Shown here in pieces: positions 13,771 through 27,448 of a stretch of 64,000 bases of DNA (position 1 is the stretch's first letter; every line of letters starts with the position of its first letter). The stretch covers positions 189,100,001 to 189,164,000 of the forward strand of contig OZ024740.1 of NCBI GenBank assembly GCA_964016885.1. The letters are read 5' to 3'. Source of the DNA: Eledone cirrhosa. Taxonomy: Eukaryota. The notes beneath the pieces were generated by a model. That model was not told the origin of the DNA. It saw only the letters and a list, made by a program, of their open reading frames with translations, and ran no database searches. The position numbers and the translations under genes are program-made.

Positions 13771-14344
13771 ATATATATAATAGTTCTGACTTATTCCAGA
13801 TCAGAGTAGTTGAAGAAGAACTGGATCAACATTCTGCACTAGTCTGATGAAAGGTTCAAGGAAGTATCTTAAAAAGAACACACACACACTAAAAAGAAAA
13901 TGAATGGAAATAGAACGTTGATAGATTAATGTTATGCTGTAATGAAGGAATTTCGAAAGATATTCTTATGTTTTGGCCTGTTTGTATTTCATTAAAGAAA
14001 AGAATAAAATAAATAAAAAGAAAGTAAAGAATGAACAGAGAAGAAATGAAAAGATGAAGAATCTGAAAAGAAGAAAAAATAATTCAAAGTTAGAATCATG
14101 TGTGTTAGAATAATGAGGTCATAAACTAATAAGCCTTGTAATTTGTCTTCTTTGATCTTGCATTTCTTTTTTTTCTTTATTTGTTTCTTTTCTCTTATAA
14201 AGGACATGAAGTCTGAAATATAAGAACATACCTACATTTCATAGATGTTTCTTCCTTACAATAAGAATAATGTATAAACTGTGTATTTCTTTTATTCGTT
14301 TGATCGTATCGTTTTTAAGTTATTTTCATATATATATATATATA

Positions 14345-14717
14345 TTCATTAGTTAAGCAAAACAAGGCCACAAACTTCACAAAGAAGACATTGTTAAAAG
14401 ATTGTCAACGTATTTTAGTTTGATGTAAGGAATGTAGAGAATAATAATAATAATAATGTCCGTTTACAATTGTTTCGCTACTCCATATAATATTTATGGA
14501 TCAGATGACTATATATCATAATTGATCATAATTGATCTGGTTCACCTAACTGCGCACCTAACTTCTGCATGAACCCAGCCACCTAGCTGCTTTCTACTGC
14601 ATATTGCACATTGAGCACATGCCTTTACGCTTTGGCTTCTAACTAACTCACCAATCTCTCCTCTCATATCTCCTCTACTATCTCCATCTCTCTCTTTAAG
14701 ATTGGTTACTCTTGAAC

Positions 14718-14720
<3 letters not shown>
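14345..14720 (-). mobile_element. Probable Penelope-like remnant between (TA)n tracts with a broken hammerhead
   Basis: Minus CTGATCCATA..TATGGAGTAGC-GAAA-CAATTG-TA; same CAATTG stem III as the 690 motif, 5' core deleted. Confidence 0.4.
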
Positions 14721-14754
<34 letters not shown>

Positions 14755-15184
14755 GTGTGCGTACATTTAGAAATGGATATATGACAAATCCAATATCATT
14801 GTCGAGATATATTTGGCAAATAAAAGATAGCAACCTTGAGAATCCTACATTGAATGGAGTATATTATTGAAAACGAGAGCTTAGAAAGGATGAGGTGCAA
14901 ATGTAGGAAAGCTAGATAATCCCATTACAACGACCAGAATATTAACTTTGTAAAAGGAAACACTATCCCCTTGCTTGCATGTGAGAAAAGGTAGCTGCCT
15001 GCATTTGTTTAAACACTTCCCTGTGTCAAAAGAGTCCTATTTGCAATTGGAAAAATGATTGCATTTAACTGGAATCTCAAGAAATGTCCAAAGTTCCAAG
15101 TGGAGGGGAGGATACTGTGCTGGAGAGTACTCATCTAAGCCATGCAAAAGTGGAAGGACAGAAGGTTATGATGATGATTAAGAT

Positions 15185-15319
15185 CAGGGCCATATATAGA
15201 CCTTGGGGGACCTGGAGCAGTTCAGGTTTGGGGGGCATGGGGCAGATTTGAAGGGTCCTGTTTGACAAGAGGTGCCCAGGGCATTTGCTCGCTTGACACC
15301 CCCAATAAATCCAGCCCTG
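15185..15319. mobile_element. hAT-type MITE
   Basis: Termini CAGGGC...GCCCTG; 8-bp TSD ATTAAGAT/ATGAAGAT (7 of 8 match). Confidence 0.7.
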
Positions 15320-15613
15320 ATGAAGATGATACATGTGTATGTATGTGTACATATATCATAAAAAAATGTATTTTGTAGAGTGCAAGCTTCTATCTCATCT
15401 GAGCAGTCAGTAGAATGCTGGAACTTATGTTTGTAAGATGTGCCAGTTCCTGGATCAGCGATTGAGTCAGTACCTTTGCTTGAGTACCAGCTTGATCTGC
15501 TGATAACCCATCCAGCCCTTACAAGCAGGGAAAGTAGATGTTAATCAATGATGATGATATCATCATCATCGTTTAATGTCCATCTTACAGACTAGCACTA
15601 GTATATATATATA

Positions 15614-16110
15614 TGTAGCGGCGTGGTTAGTCAGTCTAGTCACTACTTCTGATCAGATTTGAGAATAGCCCTTAGAAGGACTCTTATCGCATACGGTCTG
15701 ATCAGATCTGAAGATAGCCCTTAAAAGGACTGTTGTCGCATATAGTCCTTAAAAGAACTGTTGAGGATGGACAGACGAAAGCACAAGTTGAAAGGACGAA
15801 GCAAGGCAAGATGTAAATTCGATCAGCTATTTATTTTCACATGAAGCGATGATACGAGGTACAAGGCGTGTGTGAGTGACAAAGCGTGGCAGAGTAAGGG
15901 AACAACGATACGCTAGCTGACTCTGCCAAAAGTCGATTGCTGAAAGTGTTTGGAACCACTCTATTTATACAGAAATAATCGTTTGATGTTTAGCCGCTGT
16001 GTAGGCGTTTATTCTGGTAGTTTTTAAGGGTTCTTTTCTTTCACGTTGAGTAGCTAGCTAACAGGTAGATCTCGCTGTATATTTCACAGATGTTATTTCC
16101 GGTGGCTGCA
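15614..16110 (-). repeat. 3' LTR
   Basis: TGTAGC...GCTGCA termini; about 98% identical to 20690-21187. Confidence 0.92.
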
Positions 16111-17039
16111 AGATCTTTTGTACAACAAAAGAGCGAAATATCGTATAGTAATGGGCCAGTGGTGCATTTGTCATGACATAGCCCCAGGAGTGTCCAGCAC
16201 GTTGTGAAATTTTGTGATCATCGAGTACAGGACAGAGCCGATGTAGAGATGATATGGCAAGATGTGTGTGTCAAGAAGAGAAAAAAGAAATAAACTATAA
16301 AATAACTTTGACCAGATTTATGCAGGCGTGATGAATGAGCCTGTTGCAATTTGGGTTGAGCTGCCTGTGAATTGCGTGATAAAAAGTCTAACTGGGCAGT
16401 GAAGATAACCGTAATGTGTGAACTGAATTTCCGTAAGCATACTGCCTAAAAGTAACAATTTGCTCCACAGCATATGACTTGAGCGAATGCATGTGGTAAA
16501 AAAAATAGCGAGGGATTCTCGAGCTATTGAGTGAATGTGTACGGGAAAAAAAGAAGGCCAGTGTTTTGAGGCTGCGATTTGTGAAATGCGTGATCAAAGA
16601 GAAAACATTTTGTAGTGTAAGAGTTAGAGGGACACACATATCTATTGCTCAGTGTATGAACTAAAAGGTGAAACAAACGTGGTTTTGTAGTGTGCATGAA
16701 AAACAGAATACCTACACGCCTTGTATGTATATAAAAATTATGGCAATTACACAATCAATGTTACAGAATAAGAAAAATACAAATTTTTTCAAAACAAGAG
16801 AGAGAAGAAACAACAATGCTATACACAATGTTTGTTCTTAAATAGTGTTTGTAATAAATAATGTTCATTATAAATAATGTTCTTCGTGACATGAGCACAT
16901 GGTCACTAAAAGTTGCAATTGTTCAAGCAGAAAGTTCATTGTATTTGAAACTGGAAATAGTAAACACAAGAAAAATGGAAATGTTTTGCGCGAAGAATGA
17001 TTAAGAAACTCACTTGAGGTTAACGGTAATTCACATATT

Positions 17040-18506
17040 GTGCCAGCTTGGCGGGCCAATGGACGCGTCATCCACTTCTCGTGACTGGAGATGAAACAGG
17101 TGGCTCGCTGGAACAGCAATCTGTTGGAGTTTCTGGTGTAGAGACTGTAACAGTATCCATGATGGCTTTTTTAAATCTGTCCACGCTGATAGAATTCTGT
17201 TTACCATCTAGATCGAGAATAAAATATTTCGGATATTTTTTTAGAACACGATAAGGGCCAGAATATAGAGGTCGAAGATGAGCTGAGATGGTGTCGTTTC
17301 GAACGAAAACGTGTGTCCAATCTTTAATGTCTGAAGGTACGTGTGTGGCCGTGTTCTGTTGACGGGTGCTTGCAGGAGCAAGGTGAGACATATATTGTTG
17401 AAGATGGTGTACGTATGATCCTGGGTCTGGAACATCCTGAGGAGAGATGGGAGCAGCCATCTGACCAGGTAGAACTAGGGTGGTGCCGTACACTAATTCT
17501 GCAGGTGTGTGTCGGAATTCCTCCTTAACAGTGGATTGAGTGGTAGGTATTCAAACCAGTGGGTCTTGTCTGGATATGCTTTTATTGCTGCTTTCAATTG
17601 GTGATGGAATCTTTCAACGAGACCATTACCTTGCGGGGGATAAGCTGTCGTGCGGATGTGTTTACATCCTAACAGGCGAGTCAGTTCCCTGAAAAGGTGG
17701 GAGTCAAATTGGCGTCCTATGTCCGTTGTTATCTTCGCTGGGGCGCCATAACGTGATACCCAGTGTAAAACCAAAGTTTTAGCGACTGTTTCCGCTGAGG
17801 TATCATTTATGGGAAAAGCCTCAAGCCAACGAGAAAATCGAACTAGGCAGGTGAGCAAGTGTGTGTAGTTCTGTGATGGTGGTAGAGGTCCGACGATGTC
17901 GATATGCACATGATGACAACGTGCATCAGGTTGCGCGAATGTGCCGAGTGGAGTTTTGATGTGTCTGTGGACTTTGGCTTTCTGGCAGGCAATGCAGCTC
18001 CTGGACCAGTCGCGCACGTCCTTGTTAATGTTAGTCCACACAAAACGGGCAGAGATTAATTTCTGTGTAGCCCGGATTTCCGGGTGAGACAAGCAGTGTA
18101 AAGCAAAAAAAACTTGTCGACGATGCATCTGTGGTACGTAAGGTCGTTCATGACCTGTAGAAAAGTCGCACCAAATTTGTCCCGGAGAAGAAGGAATGGG
18201 AACTTGCTGAAACTTGAGGGATGGCGAATCTCGTAGCTTGATAAACTTTTCGTCAGTCTCTTGGTCAGCTGCGATATGTTGAAGGTCGATGCCTGAATGC
18301 ACATGTATTGCGTTCAGCTGGATTCGGGACAGGGCATCGGCTGCTACGTTGTCTGTTCCCTTGATATGCCGAATATCAGTTGAATATTGGGAGACAAAAT
18401 CCAGGTGTTGGAGTTCTCTCGGTGAATGTCGATCAGGTTTGGTACGGAACGCATAAACTAATGGTTTATGGTCCGTGTAGATCACGAAATCTGATCCTTC
18501 GAGCAT
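17040..18506 (-). pseudogene. pol: Gypsy RNase H end plus integrase (frameshifted)
   Basis: YTDHKPL; H-x4-H...CIAC; HIDIVGP, TTD.G.QF, GLVERFH (DDE); YSGPYRVL (GPY/F); TRSG.RVHWP. Confidence 0.93.
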
Positions 18507-19798
18507 GTGCTGAAAATGCTTAACCGAAAATAGGTTGCTAAGAGTTCGCGGCCAAAGGTACTGTATTTCGTTTCTGCCGGTTGCAACCGCTTAGAAAAGA
18601 AGGATAAGGGTTGCCACACGCCGTCGACATGTTGTTGTAGAACGCCTCCAACCCCCGTGTCTGATGCGTCCACTCGCAGCGAAAGAGGAGCGCCAGACCT
18701 GGGGAAAACGCGCATGGAAGCGTTTGCCAACATTTCCTTCAGGCGGTTAAAAGATGTTAATTCTTCCTCGTTTAGAGTGATCTCTTCGTTTTTGCGAGTC
18801 CGGTTACAAAGAAGGTCCGTGATGAGTCTGGCTGCATCGGAACAATGAGGGATGAACCGCCTATAAAAATTCACCAGACCGAGGAATTCACGCAGTTTCC
18901 GAAGTGATGTAGGTGCGGGAAAACTGCGGATAGCTTCTACTTTCTCGGGAAGTGGACGAATGCCGTCTTTATCGATGATGTGCCCGAGAAAGGACAGTCA
19001 AGGAACGCCGAGAAGGCACTTGCTGGGGTTGATGATGATACCGTACTCAGCCAAACGTCGGAAAAGGAGATCTAAGTGCTTCTCGTGTTCATGCTCGGAA
19101 GTACTTGCTACCAGCACGTCGTTAATATACGCGTATACGAAGGGTAGATCGCGTAACACGGTGTCAATAAACCGCTGAAAAGTTTGTGCAGCGTTGCGCA
19201 GACCGAACGGCATTCGCAGGAATTCGAATAAACCGAACAGTGTTGTGATTGCGGTCTTCGGAATGTCTACAGGCTCCATAGGTATCGGGTTATATGCACG
19301 CACCAAATCTACCTTGGAAAAGATGCGTGCGCCTTGCAGAGAGGGAGAAAAATCGTGCAGGTGAGGTACAGGGTAATTATCGGGCACTGTAGAATTGTTA
19401 AGTGCACGATAATCCCCACATGGTCGCAAATCATTCTCGTTTTTTTTTGGAACAAGGTGTAGGGGTGCAGACCAGTTGCTGGAGGAAGGGCGAATGATTC
19501 CGAGATCCAGCATGTGTTGGAACTCCTGCTTGGCGATTCTCAATCGGTCTGGAGGCAGTCTCCTTGGTCGGGAAGGTGTGGGTGGTCCCTTTGTCTCGAT
19601 GTGGTGCGTGACACTATACTTAATAGGACCATCCTTAAATACCGGGCGAGTGATGTCTGGGTATTTCTGGAGAATGCCGTTGTACCGCGAAGGCTCTGAC
19701 TGGCAAATTACAGGGCTCACTGTGGATTGCGTGGTAAATATACCTCTCACAGTGAGGTTTGTGGTGGTGTCAATAAGCCTCCGGTTCTTCGTATCCAC
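18482..19798 (-). pseudogene. pol: Gypsy reverse transcriptase and RNase H (frameshifted; YIDD mutated to YIND)
   Basis: [56 protein letters not shown]. Confidence 0.95.
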
Positions 19799-20381
19799 TA
19801 GAAGGTTGAAGTGGTGGAGAAAATCGGCTCCTAGGATCGGGGTCGGCGAACACCCATTGAAAACGCCGCCTCGGGCCTAAATTGAGAGTCAGGGATTTTT
19901 CCCCGAAAGTGGGAATTGACGATCGGTTCACTGCTTGCAGAAAGGACGGTGTTGGGTGTCTTTTGCCCGAGATTAGTGAAACCGAAATAACACTAACCTG
20001 GGCTCCTGTATCCACGAGGTAACGGATGCCTGTCGCCAGGTCGTTAATAAAAAATAGACGACTTTTCTTTTCAGTACCAGGGGTGAACGTCGTCGCCAGA
20101 TCTTGGGTGGTATTCCGGAAAGAGCACGGGGCTTTGCATTTAGATGCCTGTGTGCCGAAATTTGTGTGATACCAGCAGAGGTTGCCAGACACACGATTTT
20201 GACTGGGACTACTGGATCTTCGACTGTGAAAAGGCCTGGATCGATTGTTGCTGCGTCGCCGGTGTGTTTGAAAGGTCAGGTTCTCTACTTGATTTGAGAG
20301 GGCTTTAATTTGACCAGCCCGCTCTCTGATCATAGCCCGCAACTCTGAAATCTCGGCCTCTGTCGTTGGTTGCATGTCCAT
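19770..20381 (-). pseudogene. gag: Gag C-terminus (CHCC) plus aspartic protease; capsid region deleted
   Basis: CWYHTNFGTQASKCKAPC; YLVDTGAQVSVI. Confidence 0.9.
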
Positions 20382-20421
20382 GTTGGTATTTTCTTAGGTG
20401 CTGTCTGGTTGCGCGTTCGAC

Positions 20422-20438
20422 ATCACGTCGGGTCACCA
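20422..20438 (-). promoter_or_regulatory. Primer-binding site, tRNA-Trp
   Basis: Minus TGGTGACCCGACGTGAT, complementary to the eukaryotic tRNA-Trp 3' end (one G short), 2 nt from the LTR edge. Confidence 0.88.
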
Positions 20439-20478
20439 ATTATAGCGACGTGGTTAGTCAGTCTAGTCACTACTTCTG

Positions 20479-20689
20479 TCAGTAGAATGCTGGAACTTAT
20501 GTTTGTAAGATGTGCCAGTTCCTGGATCAGCGATTGAGTCAGTACCTCTGCTTGAGTACCAGCTTGATCTGCTGATAACCCATCCAGCCCTTACAAGCAG
20601 GGAAAGTAGATGTTAATCAATGATGATGATATCATCATCATCGTTTAATATCCATCTTACAGACTAGCAGTAGTATATATATATATATA
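20479..20689 (+). repeat. Copy of external flank 15406-15613 inside the element
   Basis: TCAGTAGAATGCTGGAAC...GACTAGCA repeated with about 3 substitutions. Confidence 0.92.
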
Positions 20690-21183
20690 TGTAGCGACGT
20701 GGTTAGTCAGTCTAGTCACTACTTCTGATCAGATTTGAGAATAGCCCTTAGAAGGACTCTTATCGCATACGGTCTGATCAGATCTGAAGATAGCCCTTAA
20801 AAGGACTGTTGTCGCATATAGCCCTTAAAAGAACTGTTGAGGATGGACAGACGAAAGCACAAGTTGAAAGGACGAAGCAAGGCAAGATGTAAATTCGATC
20901 AGCTATTTATTTTCACATGAAGCGATGATACGAGGTACAAGGCGTGTGTGAGTGACAAAGCGTGGCAGAGTAAGGGAACAACGATACGCTAGCTGACTCT
21001 GCCAAAAGTCGACTGCTGAAGTGTTTGGAACCACTCTATTTATACAGAAATAATCGTTTGATGTTTAGCCGCTGTGTAGGCGTTTATTCTGGTAGGTTTT
21101 TAAGGGTTCTTTTGTTTCACGTTGAGGTAGCTAGCTAACAGGTAGATGGCACTGTATATTTCACAGATGTTATTTCCGGTGGC

Positions 21184-21187
<4 letters not shown>
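20690..21187 (-). repeat. 5' LTR (full copy; a 38-bp partial copy lies at 20441-20478)
   Basis: Direct repeat of 15614-16110. Confidence 0.92.
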
Positions 21188-21228
<41 letters not shown>

Positions 21229-21629
21229 TCATCATCATCATTATCATCATTTGGGTTGTCCCATTTGAGGCAAAATGGGTCAGGTGACTGTATGCTCATA
21301 TAGAACTGTTTCTGGCTAGATTTCTGTAGATGGATGCCCTTCCTAACATCATCATCATCACCGTTTTATGTCCGTTCTTCCATGCTAGCATGGGTTAGAT
21401 GGGTTGTCCTGTTGTGGGCAGTGTCTGGTCGGCTGACCATGCCTTGCTCATACAGGAACTGATTTGGCTTGATTTCTACAGCTGGATGCCCTTCCTAACA
21501 CCAACCTCATTTACAGTGTGGGCTGGGTGCTTTTTTGCCGTGGCACCTCCACGACCACTTTGCAGTGGGAGGGTGTGGGGGCATATTGTCTATATGCTTC
21601 AGCTTGTACCCATGGGAGGTCGGGTACTC

Positions 21630-21866
21630 TGTATTACTGCGTGATGCCAGAGGTCAGGTCGTGTGTCATCGCCTTTGAGAGGTGCAACTGGGTAAGGTCG
21701 GGCCCTATCACCTCATCCTAAGGTCTTCTTGGGTCTCCCCACTCCGCGGCTACCATTGACTTCTAGTGCTCTGCACCTTTTTATGCAGCTGTCATCCTTC
21801 ATACGCATCACATGTCCATACCAATGCAATCGTCTCTCCTGCCCACAGTATTTGATTCCTCTTATG
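21630..21866 (-). mobile_element. RTE-clade LINE 3' fragment
   Basis: Minus translation RLHWYGHVMRMKDDSCIKRC..GSRGVGRPKKT. Confidence 0.75.
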
Positions 21867-23181
21867 CTCGCAACCACATTTATAGTGTGTGCTGGTTGCT
21901 TTTTGTCAGGACTCCTACATGACTACTTTACAATGTGGGCTGGGTGCTGTTTGTCGTGACACTTACACGACCACTCTACAGGTAGGTTGGGTGCTGTTTG
22001 TAGAGACACCTACATCACCACATTAAAGTGTCGTATATGTATGTATATATATATATGAGCATTCAATACATTATGCAGGATAAATATTAGTTAGTAGGCA
22101 GTTAACAATTTACATAAGCATTACTCAGAGATCCACAGGAATGAAAGCATGTATCAAATTGCCCAGATTCTTATATGGATAAGTTGGCATGGAAATGGTG
22201 ATGATGATGATCACATGTGTCATATTTGTCATTATCACTATTTTTATTAATCATCCCCGTTAGCATTACTAGTGTAATGTTTGCTTGAGCTGAGCTACTG
22301 CAATAAAATCTCTGAAAAATGGCAGTAGGGATATTTGTTCTGAAACCACTTCATCCTTTTATGAATGGAGGTTATAATATGCCCTGTTGGTTAAATATTA
22401 TTAATATGTTTAATGTATAATAGTTAATTCTTACAAATCTAAACTGTTCATTTTATTATATATCTTGTTTTTATATCTCCCTTTCATAAATAACTGATAT
22501 TTACCATAGTTCTCTATTCAATTCTCTGTCAGATATTATCACAGTTGAAATTGTGTTTATTACTCAGATCTAATGGCTATAGAAAATGCTGCTGGTGTGT
22601 TTGGCTTGAATTTTCGATTTTGGCATCTTTCTGCCTCTAGAAATAATAAATCTGGAAATTGTTAAGAAAATTGCAATTTATCAAAGATAGAACTGGCAAC
22701 ATTTGTATTTCAGTATTTGGAAGAATGCACAATTACATATACTTATTTAAATTTTCGAAATCCTTTGCCAGATATATACTGAAAATAAGTATTAGGCATG
22801 GAAATTATTTGGAAAGACATTAAAGTTTCCCATATTAGTTCTTTGATAATTTATTTTGCCTATTACCATGTACAATAGGTTAAGTTGACAGTGTTGGTCT
22901 CCTTGTCAAACTGTTAAAAGATTTTCCTCCCATCACTAAAGGTGTGCTGTGTTCTTGATCAACAAACTGAACTCTCTGCAGTTTAGTTCACCCAAAAGCA
23001 TATGTTATTGTTTAGTTTCATATCAACAATATAATGAGTAAAGCTTTGATCAAAGACATTCCACTTGTAATCATCCCAACTTAAGCATAGTGTAAATTAT
23101 CCAATCTAATTTAATAAAGATTTAACTGCTATGCCTAGCAAGTTTAAGAACCATATATATGCATGTATATGCAAACAGACA

Positions 23182-23232
<51 letters not shown>

Positions 23233-24014
23233 CCCATGCTAGCATGGATGCATATATATATATCTAAGGAATGTAATGTCCAGTTACTGTAGGTTCACCA
23301 GAGTGAGCACTCGATGCATAGTTTCCAGTTGGTATAGAGGTAGGTGTAGAACTAGGCAGAGTGTAATTTTAATAATTATAATAACAATAAAAAGGACGAT
23401 TTGTTATGTCTTTATTACATTTATTGAGTAGTGATGCATGTTTCACTATTGATCAGCTCAAGGTTTGATCTGTATCAATCTAGCCTGACTCTCAAATCAA
23501 AAGCTCATCGGACCTCTGCTGTGCTAATGACAACGAACCTGTAGGGCTATATATGTATATCAATATATTTATTATATCAGTATATGTATACATTTATTAT
23601 ATGTATATATATATCATAGATAGGTATAATTCACTACTGTAAATAGTCTGGCCACCGATGAATAGTTTCTTAGTGTTCTGTAGCTTGAGATTTCATATTT
23701 ATTTGGAGATGTTTCTATGAAAAATTACTTTAGCGTAACCATTTGAAAGACATCTTAAATTACACTGGAACAATGGGAACTCTGTCTTGAAAAGATATAA
23801 CAATAACTGTTGTCCCAATCAAAATAAAAAAAAAAAAATAATTCTAGGTGATTAAAATAAGTGAAATTTTGAAAAAATATTAAAGAATGATCTGTCACAT
23901 TTAACTGGAGTATTACATGTTCTAAACTGCAAGATTTCTGAAATCATCATCATCATCATCGTCGTCGTTTAACGTCTATCTTCCACGCTAGCATGGGTTT
24001 AGACGGGCCCGGAA

Positions 24015-24904
24015 TATGAGGTGGTATCAAAAGGTTTCAGGACTAGTACTGTAGCACACCAACAGATGGCAGCACAGGGTTGTGCAAGCAGTGATAGTTA
24101 GCTATAACTGTCATAAGGTAGTGTACTAAGTGATATTGTTGTGTTTACATTGTCAGTTGTTAAATTGGTATTTTTCTGATCACATCCGGCTGCATGTTTG
24201 CGATTATACATCATGGACATCAAGTTGGAACAAAGAGCCAATGTGAACATGAAACATCGGCGACAGTGCCATTGAACATGCTTCAGAGACAAAACAGCAG
24301 TCAATGCAATGGAAGAGTCCATCATCTTCATGATCGAAGAAGGCAAGACTGAGCCGCAGTTCAATCAAGAGCATGCTCATCGTCTTTTTCGACATCTGTG
24401 GCATTGTTCATCAAGAATTCATTCCTCAGGGTCAGACCATCGTAAATGAATTTTACTGCAACGTTCTGAGATATTTAAGGGAGAATATTCAATGAAAGTG
24501 ACTGGATCTGTGGCATGCAAAGAATTGGATTCTCCACAACGATGATGCACCTTGTCACTGAACACTCATCATCCATGAGTTTCTTACCAAGCACAACATC
24601 TCATCGCTTCTACACCCACCTTACTCACCAGATTTAGATCTTGCAGATTTCTTCCTTTTCTCAAAGATGAACATCAAGCTCAGTTTTAACACCGTTGCTG
24701 AGATCCAGCACAAATCACAAAAATTTCTTGACAAGCTTGCAAAAGATGACCTTGAGGCCGCATTCCAAGAGTACCAGAAACACTAGGAACAGAGCATTGC
24801 TGCACAAGGAGATTATTTCAAAGGAGATGGTGTTTAAACTTATGTAAATAAAGTCCTTCTTTAATTGAAGAGATAACCTGGAAACATTTTGATGTAGCCT
24901 CATA
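24015..24904 (+). mobile_element. Mariner DNA transposon, internally deleted, transposase pseudogene
   Basis: TA-TGAGGTGGTATCAAAAGGTTTC and GAAACATTTTGATGTAGCCTCA-TA TIRs; QSMQWK, MLIVFFD.GIVH.EF, LHNDDAPCH, HPPYSPDL..ADFFLF, QGDYF. Confidence 0.9.
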
Positions 24905-25844
24905 GCAATTCCCACGTATATTTCTGTCCACCATTTTTCTAACTCCAAATGTAATTTACCTGATTTATTCGACTATTTTATAGTCATTATATAAATTGCA
25001 GTAGCTTTTCATAATAAAAGCAAATAAATTTCAAGTTTGTTCAATATCTTCATAATCTTATCAGTCTACATCATCAACATTACGTCCATTCTTCCATGCT
25101 AGCATGGGTTAGACAGGTTGTCCTGTTGTGGTCAGTGCCAGGTCAGGTGACCTTGTCTTGCTCATACGGGAACTGATTTTGGCTTGACTTCTACAGCTGG
25201 ATGCCCTTTCTAACACCAACCTCATTTACAGTGAGTGTTGGGTGCTTTTTTTCCATGGCACCTACTTTACAGTGTGGGCTGGGTACCTTTTTGTCATGAC
25301 GCCTCCACGACCACTTTTCAGTGGGAGGTGGTGGGGGTATATTGTCTATAATTCTTTAATCACTACCACCATAAGTTGTTAAAAATTTGTGTAAATCAAG
25401 GGACATTTCAATGAATCATATTTACAATTTATGAAGATATAAAGCAGTGGTTCCCAAATTTATTTTGTTACTGAACCCTTTTACAATTTTCCAAAAATTG
25501 GGGAATCCTTGTGTGATTTTTTTCTCAAACCATGTAACCCATACCTATATTTTATGGTCAATGTCAGTCATTCTAATTTTGAGAGGAACATTAAATGAAA
25601 TCAAAGTTATTTTAGAGAGAGAATTTATTCATATAGAAAAAAAAAATGGTATATAATAAATTTTTTATTAAATTCTATTAAAGACCTTTTATCTAGTGGA
25701 GCCTCCATTCAAAAATACTTATAAATTGCCTATATATCATTGCATCTTCTCTAATTAGCTCTGCTAAAAAAATTCCATGAATGCATTTATTTTGGTCTTG
25801 TATAACTTATGACATATATAGTAACCGTACCATGTGGAGGATAA

Positions 25845-26029
25845 TAATTGTTTCTACTTTAGGCACAAGGCCAGCAATTACCCAGTGCATTACTGGTACT
25901 TTATTTTATCGACCCCGTAAGGATGAAAGGCAAAGTCAACCTCGGCGGGATTTGAACTCAGATCGTAAAGGGACGTAACTATGCTGGAAAGCATGGCGTC
26001 CGACCCTCTACCGATACTGCCAATCCACC
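25845..26029 (-). mobile_element. SINE family 1
   Basis: Near-identical to 11752-11936. Confidence 0.9.
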
Positions 26030-27049
26030 AATAATGTTGTATTATATGAAGATTATGACAATAAAATAATTAGTTGTAATAATAGGGAGTGATACAGTGC
26101 TTGATAAAGATTGCTTCCTTTTTAAGTACAGAGTGATTCTATGAAGTAAATAAACATCGTTTTAACATGTAACTCAAATTTTAAAATATCATTCAAATCA
26201 AATAATCTATTTTATTTATATTATTCCTAACGATTTATATTTTTGTACTGAGATAACTATGTTAACCTATTTTTAAATCACTGAAAAAGATAATTATCTA
26301 ATTATAGTCGATTTAGGTAATATTTTACAGAGTATCACGGAACAAAATATTCTTGAAGTGGATTAATAATTCATTCTATAAGATTTAATTTCTACTTAAA
26401 ATTCCTGGTGAACGAAATTACAAAAAATTATATTATAATACTTTTTGAACTCTTACTTGCTGTAACTATGGGAGATAACTAGCCACAGTTACCTCCCTTG
26501 CTCATACTACTAGTATATGTAGGCATTTGGAAATGATTATTTTTTTCCAGATTTTAAATCAAATAACAAGTATTATTTTTCGGAATTAAATTGGCATTTT
26601 CTTCCCAAACCATAGATATTTCATTTGTTTTACTCTATGTCGATATTTACTAAAATTACTGCCTTTATTTTCCACTTGAATATTACGTATTTTATGCCAA
26701 ATATTAATGCATGAGATTTCTAACTGAAATGCACATTATTGAAATAGATGACCTTCACAAAATTATTGTTGCTGATGTTTAATCTAATGCTTATAATCAT
26801 ATATGAGGTTAAATATTAGTCAACTATTTTATTTATATAGAGTTATGGTTAATCAAAACAATATTTTAGATTTCACTTAATTATTTTATGTTTGGTTTCA
26901 AAATATATTTGCCCTTATGTGACTTTTGTTAAAATTTATGAATTTCATGAAATCATTTCTATAAAAATATAGGTATGCTGTGTAAAATTACACATATGCA
27001 CACACATTCGTCTTTGTTTTACATACATAAGAGTCTAATGTCTCACTTG

Positions 27050-27290
27050 AAACTGGAGGCTCATCAGGCCAGTACTTATCCTGGTTTCTGTGGCATGAAG
27101 TGACTGAGAGTACAAGACTCCTCCCTGTACAGGATGCCAGTTAAACCTTCAGATATTGCTGGAACCCATTTTCAGCTGACTGTACTGGAGCAATGTGAAA
27201 TGAAGTGTTTTGCTGAAGAACACAACACACTATGGGAATTGAACCCATGACATTATGACAGTAAGTCCAATACCCTTAACACTAAGCCAC
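27050..27290 (-). mobile_element. SINE family 2-related copy; relatives 28450-28710 (-), 40985-41195 (-), 37080-37300 (+)
   Basis: Shared ACTGGAGCAATGTGAAATGAAGTGTTTTGCT..GAACACAA..GGAATTGAAC. Confidence 0.75.
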
Positions 27291-27397
27291 ATATCTGAAC
27301 ATATTAAAGTAGTCAAACATTAATTGAATAAGAACTCTATACATACGAGTAGAGAATTTATTGTGACAATAACTTCAGAACTTTCTCTGAGGACAGC

Positions 27398-27448
<51 letters not shown>

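Larger units (their letters stand above)
15614..21187 (-). mobile_element. Ty3/Gypsy LTR retrotransposon, CsRn1/Boudicca/Kabuki clade, decayed
   Basis: Two ~497-bp LTRs, tRNA-Trp PBS, Gag Cx2Hx9Cx3C motif, PR-RT-RH-IN order, inserted in (TA)n. Confidence 0.93.

Noticed and set aside
26470-26497. Small hairpin GGGAGATAACT/AGTTACCTCCC
   Set aside because: Too short to assign a function
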